Program-made: the position numbers and the translations under genes
The notes under the pieces: model-generated
The model's input: the letters and a program-made list of their open reading frames with translations, nothing else
Database searches by the model: none
What the model was told of the DNA's origin: nothing
Assembly (NCBI RefSeq): GCF_006345805.1
Contig: NC_043008.1
Location: 44,764,001 to 44,828,000 of the forward strand
Length of the DNA: 64,000 bases
Source of the DNA: Octopus sinensis
Taxonomy: Eukaryota
Direction of reading: 5' to 3'
In this document: in pieces, positions 25,269 through 38,559 of the stretch
Position numbering within the stretch: position 1 is the first letter of the stretch
Layout of the letters: every line of letters starts with the position of its first letter

Positions 25269-26019
25269 CATTCTTGTTCGTTTTTTTTTTTATACATACC
25301 TATAGCTGCGTACGTAAGTATGTGCGTGCATGTTTGTGTGTGTGTGTGTGTGTATACATGTCTACATAAAATTTAATGATCCAGAATTTTAAAGACATAA
25401 TGGCATCAACAAAATAGCTTGTTGCTGTAGTTGTTACTGCTGAATATATGTATGTAGTGTTATAGTAATGAAAAATAGGTAGCTTCACAAAGCAATCAAT
25501 GTTTTATACATTCCGCGTGATTAATACAAACTGACGTTATATGATTTTATGGTATTAAAAAATATGTATTTATTAAGAATTAATTTAATATTTCTTCCTT
25601 TTATAGCATATGAGAATTTTATAGGTTCTGATTTTTCTCTTAAGTCTATATTACCCATAACGAATCTTTTCTGTTTCGTTCATAGGTTTTGAAATTTTAA
25701 AAATTAAGTGAAACTTATTTGGTATATCGATGTAACGTTTCACGGTGAATCTTGTTATGTTATTGTCTTCTACTAGAAACGTTTTATAAAAGTGTTTCAA
25801 AGGTTTAAAGTTTGGTTACTTTTCCCAATCAGAAAACAGGCTTTTCTACGCGATAGCTGTCTCTCACAACATTACGATATTAGACAAATTGAAAGTAAAC
25901 CATTACGACGATGGACGTCAGTATAAATAAATGATTAATACATTTTCTCAAGCGAAAATTCAAACACGAATGTTTGAAATACACTCTAGGAATTGGTCAA
26001 ACAAATTACAATCTTCGTG

Positions 26020-26560
26020 TCTCCTGCGCTACATAAACTTGCAGAGGAATGAGTCAACCATGGAACAGTGGGTGCCGTAGCGCCATCTAATCCCTCGTTT
26101 TACACAGGGCATGCGCAATTTTCCACTAATAGCGTTAGGGCACATCTTTCGTGTCAACAGATTCAACGCCGCAGTTCTCTGTTCTATGTCGAAAATTATA
26201 ACCATCAATTTCAGCAACGTGAGTGTAGGTTTCACAATCTTCCTTGAAAATAATGGTTCCTTGAGGAACCAACTGGCCTGTGTATTTGTCTAGTATTTTA
26301 CGATTCTACCATGGCACTGCATAAAGAAAACATGTCTGGTTTCGCTACACATTCGTCTGCGAAGCCACTACTCAAATAGCAAGCACTTTTCCTCGATTTG
26401 TATTTTCGTATTCAAAAGGCTATTTTATCTTCCTGGGCAATCTTTCCAGAACCGCCCATCTAAACTCGATTGCGGGCGTAGCGGGTTCTCCAGACACATT
26501 TCGAAAACATAACAGCCATAATCAACAGCTGTACAATGAATCGTTTCCAGTTCCTCAACT
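26020..26560 (-). pseudogene. Merlin / IS1595(ISXO2)-type DDE transposase remnant
   Basis: Frameshifted minus-strand translation gives EELETIHCTAVDY..C, GGSGKIAQEDKIAF*IRKY, RGKVL, CFLYAVP..LVPQGTIIFKEDCETYTHVAEIDGYNFRH and WRYGTHCSMVDSFLCKFM. These are collinear with the Merlin motifs GGPGKIVEIDESKF.KRKY..RG, CFL..VP, PGT.I.SD.W..Y and GT...L.SYLCEFMWR. Confidence 0.8.
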
Positions 26561-26628
26561 CAAAACCAGACTGATGACAGTTCTTTGATCATTAATTAAA
26601 GAGAAAGTGGTACAGTATTAAGAATACC

Positions 26629-26856
26629 GGCGAGCTGGCAGAAACTTTAACGCGACGGGCGGAATGCTTAACGGTATTTCGTCTGCAGCTACGTTCTGAG
26701 TTCAAATTCCGCCGAGGTCGACTTTGCCTTTCATACATTCGGTGTCGATTAAATAATTACCAGTTACGCACTGGGGTCGATATAATCGACTTAATCCGTT
26801 TGTCTGTCCTTGTTTGTCCTCTCTGTGTTTAGCTCCTTGTGGGTAGTAAAGAAATA
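26629..26856 (+). mobile_element. SINE family A, full length, 14-bp TSD
   Basis: TSD tacagt(a/c)ttaagaa at 26611-26624 and 26859-26872. Confidence 0.9.
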
Positions 26857-27832
26857 GATACAGTCTTAAGAAGCAGGGTGCCACCTTCATGCCTCCTTCC
26901 AACCATGTATCTTTTTTTCAGGCAGACAGACACACACTCTTTGTACACTTTTCGGAGCACGGCCAGTAAATCCTATTGCGATGCATCTTCTTCATAGGGT
27001 GCCCTTTTTGTACATAATTTTTTTCTTCTAGGGATAATTGACCTCTCTTGCAAGTAAGAAACCGCATCCCGCTAGGTTTTCACTTTCATCATATTATTTG
27101 AAAGGTTAAACGAGTTGCTTGCTGTCATACATCTGTTTTGACTGAAAAGATCAAGGAAAACACACAGTTCAAAATTATGAAAATGAGTTAGTGAAAGAAC
27201 GGCAACCAGCAATATATTTCTCAAGAAAAAATGCAGGTGAAAATGACAAAAAGGAGTTTGTACGAACGTTAAAAAAACAGGCAACCTTCAAAGAAAATAG
27301 ACAGGTAAAGAAAATATGTGATTGAAGTAGTTTTAAGCAGGCATAGCTTAGCTTCTTAGTTTGGAAACTGTTGTCAATGTGTCTGTGGATTTTGATCAGC
27401 TAAAATAGCACTAAATTTCCAGACTTTCAACGATAATAATTTTGTATTTATCAATTTATGGCAAAATTGAATTTCATTTGCATATTTAGCATATGAGCAC
27501 ATCGATTTTGAAAATGATTGGAACAACTTTTTATTTTTTTCAAAAATAGAAAACTGTCACAGCCACACGAATGATTCCCTTAGAAATTGCGATTATTTTG
27601 AAGAAGTCAGTGTTGGGTTGATTTCCAGGGTTAGATAATTGTACCAGGTACTTTGTATTTGCATCTAAACCATGTATATTCTATCTGTAGAAAATATTTT
27701 GTCGAAGAAATTTGTTTATAAGTGTTTTACCGTGTTACAGATTATATTGCAGACCGCCAATTAATTATCTCTCCACCTATCTCTCACCTTCTTTTTCCCA
27801 CCACTTTCTTCCTCTCATCTATCCGCAAGACA

Positions 27833-28033
27833 TAGGAGAAAACCCCCTTCGTTCATGAAGGGTCATGTGATTGCACGTAGAAAGTTACCCCTCCGAGGCA
27901 CAAGTCCGGGTAAGGTTGTTTATGGAAGGCCAGCAGTCGCCCATGCATACCAGCCTTCCCTCTCGACACCACTGATGTTATCTAAGGGAAAAGCAAAGGC
28001 CGATACAGCTTGGTACCAGTGATGTTGCAACTC
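27833..28033 (-). mobile_element. SINE family D 3' portion
   Basis: Reverse-complement similarity to 40370-40510 (gccaagctgtatc..gcctttgcc..gcacaagtc). Confidence 0.65.
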
Positions 28034-28704
28034 AAAGTTTTCATGCATCATTTTTTATAGTAGATAGGATTAATATGAAACTGAAGATAATAATATCTGA
28101 CAATGTCGTGAATTTTGTCAGAAATAATCCGTAATATTAATTATCCTTAATATTAATTAGAAGAAGACGTTTTCACTCATTTTGTTATTGAAGTGTTTAT
28201 CTGATTTGTTAATTCGCAAAAGTAAATTTTAAATTTGGTGCCTGATTAGGTGAACATACCAATATTCGTTCAAGCATAAAGAACGGTTTCTCACTAATAA
28301 ATAATAATGTATAATAATATTTCGGATATTTAAAATTTATTCCGTATTTTGTCCAAATAGAATGAATAAAATATACAAACATTAACTTAGAATAAATGGG
28401 AGGATATAATAAATAGACAATTTAAGCTAAGTTCTAGTAGATTTGTTTTTGAAATATGCGTAGTTAAAGGCACTTGACTGAAATGTGGTAAATTCCTCAG
28501 CTGGAATGAAATTCCTAATTAGCGATGGGTTTAACAGGTGAACATTCCGTATCTGACAATACGAGCTTTAAATACTTATGTTACCTGTCAATTATTTCTG
28601 CCTTGTGAATAATATTTTAACGCTTGCAATATACAAAATGTTCGAAATGCCTCCACCTTAGATTTCAAATCACTATATATACCAGTAATATATTGAAGTT
28701 AGGG

Positions 28705-29115
28705 AGGCGAGCCGGCAGAAACTTTAGCACGCCGAGCGAAGTGCGTGGCCGTATTTCGTCTGCTGCTACGTTCTGAGTTCAAATTCCGCCGTGGTAGACT
28801 TTGCCTTTCATCCTTTCGGGGTCGATACATTAAGTACCAGTTACGCACTAGGGTCAATGTAATCGACTTAATCCGTCTGTCTCTCCTTGTTTGTCCTCTC
28901 TGTGTTTATCCCCTTGTGGGTAGTAAAGAAATAGGTAATTTGACTGTCGTTACGTTCTGAGTTCAAATCCCGCCGAGGTAACTTTGCCTTTAATCCTTTA
29001 GGAATCTATTAAATAAGAATCACTTACGTATTGGGGTGGATGTAATCGACTTAATCCCTTCGTCTGTCCTTGTTTGTCCCCTCTATGTGTAGCCCCTGTG
29101 GGCAATAAAGAAATA
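28705..29115 (+). mobile_element. SINE family A, full copy plus tandem 5'-truncated second unit
   Basis: The second unit restarts at ttacgttctgagttcaaatc (~28950). Confidence 0.85.
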
Positions 29116-29953
29116 AATAACCGAAAGCAATATTCCAAGTACAGCAAATGAGCCTCAGATATATTTTCTCTTTTGTCAGTCTGTAGTTAATAACACATAG
29201 TTGTAATATACGACTATTGTTTCATTCCATTTTATTAGTTCAAATAAATTTATGTTTCTTAAGGAATTCGATAAATTACTTTTACAAATATAAATTTGTG
29301 TTTCTACCAGTATGAGTGAATTCTGATTGTTCGACGAATAAGTCAAGGATCTCATTGCCACCGAAATGCTTAAACCTATACGACACATCGACGCCTTTTG
29401 TTAACTTCAAACTTGCCGTTAAGTTTTCTGAAATCTTGTAACCAAATTTTATCGACAGAAACTATAAACAGCTTTCTAGGAGTCCTTGACTTGTATGTAC
29501 TTATAGATATATATTTCGTTATATATAACTTTCTTATAAATTTGCTGCTGTTACATCTTGCCTCCAGCATTCATAAACAAGTCATTTAAAGTAGGGTCGA
29601 CAGAACCCACTCTGTATATTAATTAGTTTCAGATCGTGAGTGAAGACATATTATTCCATTAATCTAAACGTTCTCTATTACGACTACGAAAATTAACAAT
29701 CTGTTTTCTGTTGTATCACCTGCTCTTCATAATATATCTTAGAGAAAGTTGACGTTAATGATGTGTTGCACTGTAAAGGTATAGAAATCTGCCACTTTCT
29801 AAATTTGTGACGTCTTAAGACAAGATGAAATAATAAAATATATCAAAGTTCACAAATTCAAAAATCGTACATAAACAACTAGAGAGATTTTTGTGAAACT
29901 TAAATAAAAATAACATTTAAGATTTAATATGTATATATATATACATATATATA

Positions 29954-30110
29954 TACGACGGGCTTCTTTCAGTTTCCGTCTACCAAATCCACTCACAAGG
30001 CTTTGGTAGGCCCGGGGCTATAGTAGAAGAGACTTGACCATGATGCCACGCACTGGGACTGAACCCGGAATCATGTGGTTGGTAAGCAAGCTACTTACCA
30101 CACACCTACT
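29954..30110 (-). mobile_element. SINE family B head
   Basis: ttctttcagtttccgtctaccaaatccactcacaagg..gggactgaacccgg..cttaccacac. Confidence 0.8.
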
Positions 30111-30756
30111 GAATAATCTGTTGCGTTCTGAGCTTGCTGACAAGATGAACTCAATATAGGACTGGTGTACTAATTCTATGTACCTGGTGACTTATTCGTG
30201 ACATTATGTAAACTCAGTAACAAAACAGTAACGCCAGAAGCAAGCCATAGATGCACACCATCATTTATTGATGTAAATTTACAGTTTTGCATGTGTGTGT
30301 GTGTGTGAGTGAGGGGTTGTGTGTGTGTGAGTAGACGAATGAACGAAATGAATTCTTAAATATGTCGTGCTCGAAGTAGATTAAGCTACAAATAAAAGCG
30401 AATAGAATATTTGATTAACTATACCATTGGATGGTAGGGAAGGATTGAATGTTGTACGTGGAACTGGTAACGACATCTGTGAACCTAACAGGCTGGCAGA
30501 TAATTATACCAAAGTAACACTGCAGATTTTGTTCATCCAGTTTAGAAGCTTTCTTCGTAACAGAGGGAATTATAATGTGTAAACACACACGTCTACTGTG
30601 AATATGCTTATATAAATTCTTACTTTATTGTATAAGTCAACTGGCAAGAGAGTAGCTCGGAAGAATCTATGTGTAGGGTCGACTTGCTAGAAATATCACC
30701 CGAAATCATTCACAATTTATGCTACAGTTTTTGAAAGCGAGAAATAAGCTAACATA

Positions 30757-30788
<32 letters not shown>

Positions 30789-30791
<3 letters not shown>

Positions 30792-30912
30792 TACATTTTA
30801 CGAATATTTGTCCTCGTCTTGTTTGTTGTTAACATAACATTTCTGCTGATATACCCTCCAGTCTTCTTTAGGTGTCTTGGGGAAATTTCGAACTTGGGTT
30901 CTCATTCCTAAA
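30789..30912 (-). mobile_element. Degenerate HHR-bearing pLTR, inverted partner of 31357-31490
   Basis: Minus strand: GACAC-ctaaaga-A-GACTG-GAGGGTATAT-CAGCA-GAAAT-GTT-ATGTT. Confidence 0.7.
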
Positions 30913-31173
30913 GTTTTTTTTCGAGGTTAGAAAGTATTATTATAGTTATTATTCCCAAAATATCAGGCCTTGCGCATATAATAGAAAGAATTATTATTAC
31001 TATTATTATTATTATTATTATTGTTATCTTTTGTTTTCTTCTTTCAAATTTGCTCCATTTCTTGCCGAGTGTCTTCCCGACTCCTAGGGTAAAGAAACTC
31101 ATAGTATACATTGGTAGGCCATTAAACTAAACTCACTAGTTCGTTCATTTTTCTTTAAAGTTAAATTAAAATA

Positions 31174-31174
<1 letters not shown>

Positions 31175-31235
<61 letters not shown>

Positions 31236-31242
31236 CAGTGAT

Positions 31243-31324
<82 letters not shown>
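31175..31324. repeat. (ATT)n-CAG / CTG-(AAT)n hairpin with 8-nt loop
   Basis: ..attattcag-gcagtgat-ctgaataat..; the stem is about 60 bp. Confidence 0.85.
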
Positions 31325-31328
<4 letters not shown>

Positions 31329-31356
31329 CAACAACAACAATAACATCAAAACATAC

Positions 31357-31490
31357 CTTAGGAATGAGAACCCAGGTTCGAAATGACTTCAAGACACCTG
31401 ATGTAGGCTGGAGGGTATATCAGCCGAAACATTGTGTTAACAGCAAAGACGAGGGCAAATATCGGTCAAATGTAAATCATGTAAATAATC
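31357..31490 (+). mobile_element. HHR-bearing pLTR; motif at 31393-31438 has two point changes
   Basis: GACAC-CTGATGt-A-GGCTG-GAGGGTATAT-CAGCC-GAAAC-aTT-GTGTT. Confidence 0.75.
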
Positions 31491-31523
31491 TACGTAATTT
31501 CTCATCTCTTAAATATAGGACCT

Positions 31524-31594
<71 letters not shown>

Positions 31595-32327
31595 TATATT
31601 GAAAAGACTGGTGTTTAATTTTTTGTCGCACGTACACTTCAAAGTACTCATTTTCATTCAGCCAACTTTCGTCTTACTTTTATTTCAAAAACCCTTTTCT
31701 AATCTCTGGGTGTCCTCAACTGTGTTTGAAACAGTTTAGTTCCATATTCCACGTAAGTACCCTTATTTCAATAATCTACGGCGTTGTCGATTGCTATGCA
31801 CAATGGATAAATACTTTTCGTTTTTTCTTAGCATTTTTTTAATAAAATATATTATATATTACATTCTAGTAAAACTTTTAAATATTTCTTCAACAGAAGA
31901 CAAGAAACAAATATGTAACCTACATTGTCTTACAGCTGACTATTTACAAACTTGTGTGGATATATTTATATGCTACACTTGTACATATTGTTTACGCTGA
32001 TGGCTTTCTTATAAATGATATAAATACATTTTCATTCAATCAACTTACACGTCTTTGCTATTGGTTTAATAGAGCACATTAAGCTATAATCCGCATATTA
32101 ACACTAATGTAATTTCTATACGGGTTTTCATTATGTGGGAAATATATTCTGAAAGCATCTTTTAAACCTAATTAGCTGACAAAATATAGCTCATATGCAA
32201 AACAAATGTTTTAGTATTTCAAATCTAATATTAAAGGTAAGCTCTTTATTAGATTTACACGGCAGAGCGATGTGTGTTGAAACAACAAATATGTTGCAAA
32301 TCAGAATATATATATATATATAAGTAC

Positions 32328-32417
<90 letters not shown>

Positions 32418-32967
32418 TATAACAAGAGCGGGGGTGTCTTTCAACGTAGGAAAACATATTTACCTATATAATAAAAAGTGATAACAAATGAATGAGACTA
32501 AGATATTTGGTAAAAGATGATATTTATATATGTGTAGTTTAGGACAATCAGTAAGTTGTCATAAAAGTTCTAAGAGTGTCAAATGCATCTGTGTGTGCGT
32601 GTGTGTGTGTGGCTATGCGTATGAGTACGTACATGCACATATATGTTTCTTGTGTATGGACATGCATATATACATGTTTGTGTGGGTGTGCAAGTATGTA
32701 GACGTTATGAACGCAGGAGGTTTTTTTGTCTATGTATTGTGAGAATATGTTTCCGTGTATCTTTTTATCTTTTTCCAACCTCTTCGTGTAGCTTCCCTTT
32801 TATTCCACAGTACTTTTATAGAGTCTATTGCCATTAATAGCCGATGAGAATGCATCGTAGTTCTTAGTTCTTAGCACTTAGCTCCGGCATCTGAAACTCT
32901 GAGTACTATTATCACTGACTGATTGTCCTAAACTGTACACACACACGCACACACACATACATGTGTG

Positions 32968-33011
<44 letters not shown>

Positions 33012-33028
33012 ACATATATATTGTATAT

Positions 33029-33102
<74 letters not shown>

Positions 33103-33248
33103 AACGAGCTTCATTTAGTTTCTGTCTACCAAATTCATTCACAAGTCATTGCCACTGGGAAAACGTCTTTAGCAAAAGATACTTGCACAATATGCCGTGT
33201 AAAGTTACCATTTGTGTATCGATCACGTTAATATAAATCGAATTTTTC

Positions 33249-33640
33249 GGTTCTGGTAATATTGAACGGTACCGAGATAGTTGTGCTATTGTTGTTCATA
33301 AATAACGCGACAGACCTAAATATTTAATGTTACTGCGCCATCACTTCATGTAATCATTTATAATAATATTTATGGAACACATTACACAGTTATTAAAGCT
33401 GTACACAACTTGTTTCATTTACTTACATTTATCTGGATGAACGTAAATATTAAATTGCTCTAACGTTCTAGAATGTCCTTAGAAATCTCTGCTACAATAT
33501 TGATTTTCTTGAGTTTATGGTAAACATATAAATTTAATTTCGAAGTCATTGTAAATTATCTTTTCCCGACTGACTTAATTCATAAGTGGAAATTTGATAT
33601 ATACAGTCTGATCCTTCAACATTTGTGTTATTATGTAGAA
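33249..33640 (+). pseudogene. Decayed Penelope-like RT (YRDD region)
   Basis: GSGNIERYRDSCAIVVHK resembles NIGLYRDDGLAV; downstream NIDFLEFMVNI and YIQSDPST resemble IVDFLDVT and YI..SNHPP. Many stops and frameshifts. Confidence 0.5.
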
Positions 33641-34329
33641 TAGAATAATAGAATAAAAAAAACACAATGAATTGAACAGAATATACTCGAGCGATTCGTG
33701 TTGCTTAATCCAATAAGTAACGAAATGCATCTTTAACGTCATACTTAGAAAACCGTTGATGTTTTTTTTGTGCTCTGTTTAAAACCAAAATCATATTTAT
33801 CAATATACATTTTGAAAATATATTAGAATATTAATACCCAAATTTACATTGTATTTTAAAACCACATACATACACACATACACGCTTACACATACACATA
33901 TATACAGACATAAACATATATATATATATATATATATTTAATCCTTGACATCCTCTTAATATTTGAAAACAGGACATTAACTAAAAGTTATTAAATATAT
34001 TAAAACAGATTTAAAAATTAGCAATGTAATCCAGCACCGTTAGAGAAAGTGTCTGCTTCCGAGCTTTCGCTGTTTTGAGCTTCTCATATACACTCTGTAT
34101 AAGGTAGTCCCTACAGAAATAATCTTTGTGAAGTAGTAATTTCATAATTTTCGGTTTATTTCCAGATAGGGAATCATTCTCTTGCAGTTTGTAATTAATT
34201 TATTGGTATCATATATATGAGCATGCATGTTTATATTATAATACACGGCATGGTATACAAACTAACCCGACCATTCTACTATCAGAGCATGAAACCTAGA
34301 GTTGTTTGCATTTAAATCCTGTTAAGTAT

Positions 34330-34714
34330 ACGTGTGTGTATGTGTCCGTAGACTCCTTGTTGTGTCTCTAAGAAAATCATCGAATACCTCCGTGATCTTG
34401 GCCACTCCTTGGTTTCTCAGTCAGAGCGAAATTTGAATAATCATTATTCAACTTTCCGAGATAAGAGGAAACAACAAAGCACAGGACTAAGTAAATTAGT
34501 TTGGCGTCTTAAGGACAGCAATATAACTTTCAAGCTGGAATGGTCCATATTGTCTGTATCCTTTCCTTTTGATAAGGGCAGAAAATATTGTGCCGTCTGT
34601 AATTCCGAGCTTTACTATATACTCTTCGCCAAATTCCCTTTAGTAAACACAATGGTAGAGAAATCCTATAGCTGCATGCACTGGCAGAAACACACCTTCA
34701 ACTCATATGAATGA
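34330..34714 (+). pseudogene. Penelope-like GIY-YIG endonuclease remnant
   Basis: ORF 34409: NNHYSTFR..STGLSKLVWRLK..EWSIL..KYCAVCNSELYYIL..VN..E..SCMHWQK, the CCHH-bearing C-terminal half of a PLE endonuclease. Confidence 0.8.
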
Positions 34715-35261
34715 TGGTTAATATAGATAACCTCCTTGAATTTAATAATTTGGTTCCACATCTGCAACAACACCATAGACAATTTTTTTTTATACTCCGT
34801 TATTTGAAGACCTACTACCAAATTCATTGGGGTATGTTCTACCTTTGTCTCTCTATCTCTCCCCTCTCTCTCTCTCCCTCACTCTATCATAAGCACAACC
34901 AACACACAGACACAAACCTGTCACTGCATTGATCCCCCCACACAAACAATCACACATACATATACACTCACATAGACACGAACGCAGTTATATACATACA
35001 CACATAGGCACTCAATTTCATTGACAAAAACAAACAACAACGCATCACCATACATACGACTTGCACTCTGTCACCCCCCTATTCTTAGTACTTGCCGCTT
35101 CCAACCATTTTTGAACAGTTGAACTCTTTGGAATCTTATCCATCCAACCAATTTTGACGTCACTGCTTGTAACGGAATATTTTTAAGAAACACTCATTAT
35201 TAATATGGACACCGTGTGGGCAGTCATCTAGAAGTTTTGTTCGTCATGATGGTGACATAAG

Positions 35262-35360
35262 TTCCTTGTCTTTCCTGATGAGAAGACGGCATAATGCACC
35301 CTTTATTCCTTTGGAATTAAGAATATGCAGTCTTCGAAACATGTGTCGAGAATAAAGGAA
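35262..35360 (+). ncRNA. Type-I hammerhead ribozyme, fully canonical core, in the 3' pLTR of the Penelope remnant
   Basis: TTCCTTGTCTTTC-CTGATGA-GAAGAC(G)GCATA..TATGC(A)GTCTTC-GAAA-CATGTG-TC/GAGAATAAAGGAA. Predicted GUC cleavage after 35347; stem I has a 3x3 internal loop. Confidence 0.8.
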
Positions 35361-35543
35361 TTTTGTTAAATCGTCGTTCGACTCCATTCTTTCATTTATC
35401 TATAGTAAAAAAACACACAAATTTCCACACGAAAGCACGTGATTTCTGCCCTTGGCATGTAGCTTCAACCGTGCTTTCTGACGTAAATTTGCTACGCGGG
35501 TATCGGTTAACCGAATTATCCATACTAGGATAATTCATTCAAC

Positions 35544-35577
<34 letters not shown>

Positions 35578-35887
35578 TCGTATGTGTGTATGTGTGTGTA
35601 TAGAGGACTACCTTACCAGATATACTGAGAGGCCACGGTCGACTCGGTTTACACGGGTTATAGTAGAAAACACGTGTCCAAGGAGCCATGAAGTAGGCGA
35701 TGTGTACTTACATTCTTTTGAGAACCCTTAAAAATTTCTATTACAAAAATGTTCAAACGCTCAATTGCTAAAGTTTGAGGTACAAGTCTAAACTGTAAAC
35801 CTTTATTGAAACAGAACTGGATATGAATAAAAGGGGTCACAAACGATCGAAACAATAAATGGATTATATAAGTAATTATTTGTTACT

Positions 35888-36155
35888 GTCTCTTTTCTCA
35901 TTTACTTGTTTCAGCCATTTTGACTGAAGCCATACAGGAACACCGACTTTAATAGAGCAAATCAACTGCAGGACTTATTCTTTGTAAGATTAGTACTTAT
36001 TCTATCAGCCTCTTTTGGCGAACAACTAAGTTACGGGGATGTAAACACACCAGCATCGGTTGTCAAGTGATGTTGGGGGAACACACACACACAAACACAT
36101 ACACACATACATACATACATACATATATATGGATATATATATATATAAATATATG

Positions 36156-36230
<75 letters not shown>

Positions 36231-36436
36231 TCTTTACTCTTTTATTTGTTTCAGTCATTTGACTGTGGCCATGCTGGAGCACCGCTTTTAGTCGAGCAAA
36301 TCGAGCCCAGGTCTTATTTTTTGTAAGCCTAATACTCATTATATCGGTCTCTTTTGCTGAACCACTAAGTTACGGGGACGTAAACACACCTGCATCGGTT
36401 GTCATGCGATGTTGGGGGACAAACACAGACACACAA
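35888..36436 (-). mobile_element. Two tandem SINE family B 3' halves separated by microsatellite
   Basis: Copies at 35888-36095 and 36229-36436, each the reverse complement of 3070-3278. Confidence 0.85.
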
Positions 36437-36501
36437 ACATTATATATATATATGTATATATATATAATTGATCAAAATAAAAACATGATGCGAAGGATTC
36501 A

Positions 36502-36579
36502 GCGGTACATATGTTTCGGGCCTTTATTAGACAGATTTATAACAATGCATAATGTATGTCTGTGGCCTTCTTCAGCCGC
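36502..36579 (-). ncRNA. Type-I hammerhead ribozyme, intact core
   Basis: Minus strand: GCGG-CTGAAGA-A-GGCC-ACAGA..TCTGT..GGCC-C-GAAA-CATATG-TA/CCGC; palindromic ACATATGT stem III. Confidence 0.7.
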
Positions 36580-36678
36580 GCACAACAGCTTCCACAAGGA
36601 CATGTGCACGTTTGTTCATAGATACATGCGTGTGAGTATAACCTAATGTACTTATGTATATACATATATGTGTGTATT

Positions 36679-36714
<36 letters not shown>

Positions 36715-36855
36715 TAAAAGCATGTGTGAGTGTATATATATATGCGTGTGCGTAATTGTATGCATGTATGTATGTAGAAATGTATATGTGCAGATTTGTT
36801 CATAGATACATACGTACAGTTGCTTATCAATATACATATATATACATATACATAT

Positions 36856-36889
<34 letters not shown>

Positions 36890-37239
36890 ACAGAGAGAGA
36901 GAGAGACAGAGAGATACGTGTGTATGTGTATGTATGTATGAATGTATGCATATCAGTACGTACGTATGTAGAAATGCATACATACATGTATTCCTGTATG
37001 TATATGTGTAAGTACTTACGTACGTACGTATGTATGTATGTATGTATGTATGTATGTATGTATGTATCTATGTATGTATGTATATGTGTATGTATACACG
37101 CATCTCGGCATATATAGATCTAGATTACTAATCAAATTATAATTGTCGCTGATTGTTTAAATCGAACTGGATATAGTTTTAGCTCTCATGTACACATCTG
37201 TTACGGTCGAAAAGTTTGCTAGGTTTCTCTTACTCCTTC

Positions 37240-37258
37240 GTCTTCTTCTTCTTCTTCC

Positions 37259-37326
<68 letters not shown>

Positions 37327-37352
37327 CATCAACATCATAATCATTCTTATAA

Positions 37353-37412
<60 letters not shown>

Positions 37413-37445
37413 CGTCATCATCATCATCATCATCATTATTATAAC
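37240..37445. repeat. (CTT)/(ATT)n/(ATC)n compound microsatellite
   Basis: Directly visible. Confidence 0.9.
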
Positions 37446-37915
37446 TTTTACTTCTCGTATTATTCCACCATGTTTATATGTAAAAAAAAAGTAACAGAAA
37501 TCTATAGACATATTTCAATATTATTAAATTAAAATCTCCGAAATGCGCAACTTCTACATTTAAGCTGGATTAAATCCGTTTCAAACTTATAAATTCCCAT
37601 TGTTGCTCTATCGGCTGTTTAGCGAATGCCAGACCAATTAACGTTAAAAGCCATGCCAATGAACAAACGTTGAAGTCGTTCGGTTTCTTCTATAATACGA
37701 ACTTCATATTAATTACCATGTAAATTCTATCCCCTAACGCAAAGTATTTAGTATTTTGCTAAGGGATCCTCTTATCTCATTACCAAAGCCCCATTAAAGT
37801 TTTTGTCGTTGATAATTAGGGATCTAACTGTTCTTGCAACGAGTGTATTGTTGTAGTAGGTAGGTTACGGATTGTATTTGTGGTCGTTGTTTACAAATCA
37901 TTGAGGTTGCTGCTA

Positions 37916-38430
37916 TCTTCTTCTTCTTCTTCTTCTTCTTCTTCTTCTTCTTCTTCTTCTTCTTCTTCTTCTTCTTCTTCTTCTTCTTCTTCTTCTTCTT
38001 CTTCTGCTTCCAATCAGGAAGCCACAAAAAAATCTCTAATTCGAGCCTACTCTAAGCTGCTAAGAGTGCGTGTGCCAACTTGAAGATCCATTCACCACAC
38101 TCGATAGACTGGCCGTTGCACGGGCGCGAGGGCTACGTCGTTATTCTCATTCCGTAAACGGTGGCTTTTAACGGGTGGAGAGCTAGACCATCCTGGGGTA
38201 CAGAGGATTCGCAATCTAGACTAGGGTCTGACAGTTTACAACATAGTGGGTTATACCAGGGTTCCTCTGCTTTGTAGCAGAAGTAGCAAAAAAGAGTGAG
38301 AGAAAGTTGTGGTGAAAGAGTACGGCGGGGTTCACCACTACCACCACCCTGCTGCAGCTTCGTGGAGCTTAGGTGTTTTTGCTCAGTGAACACTCACAAT
38401 GCCCGGTTTAGGAATCGAAACTGCGTTCTT
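37916..38430 (-). mobile_element. Family C-headed SINE with a distinct body and (GAA)n tail
   Basis: 38290-38430 matches the 9160-9295 segment; (TTC)n on + at 37916-38004 forms the tail. Confidence 0.7.
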
Positions 38431-38559
38431 ACAACCGTTCTTACAGGTGCCATTGTAAGATATATTTTCATCCACCCTGGCTTTGGACGTTTTGGTTGCT
38501 TCTTCTAGCGTGTAAAGTTACCTGTTATAGGTAGTCTTACTTGTGTTTAAATGTACACT

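Noticed and set aside
34050-34095. Minus-strand motif tatatga-gaagct..agc-GAAA-GCT-C
   Set aside because: Three core mismatches and no stem I; it may be a dead HHR but is not supportable.
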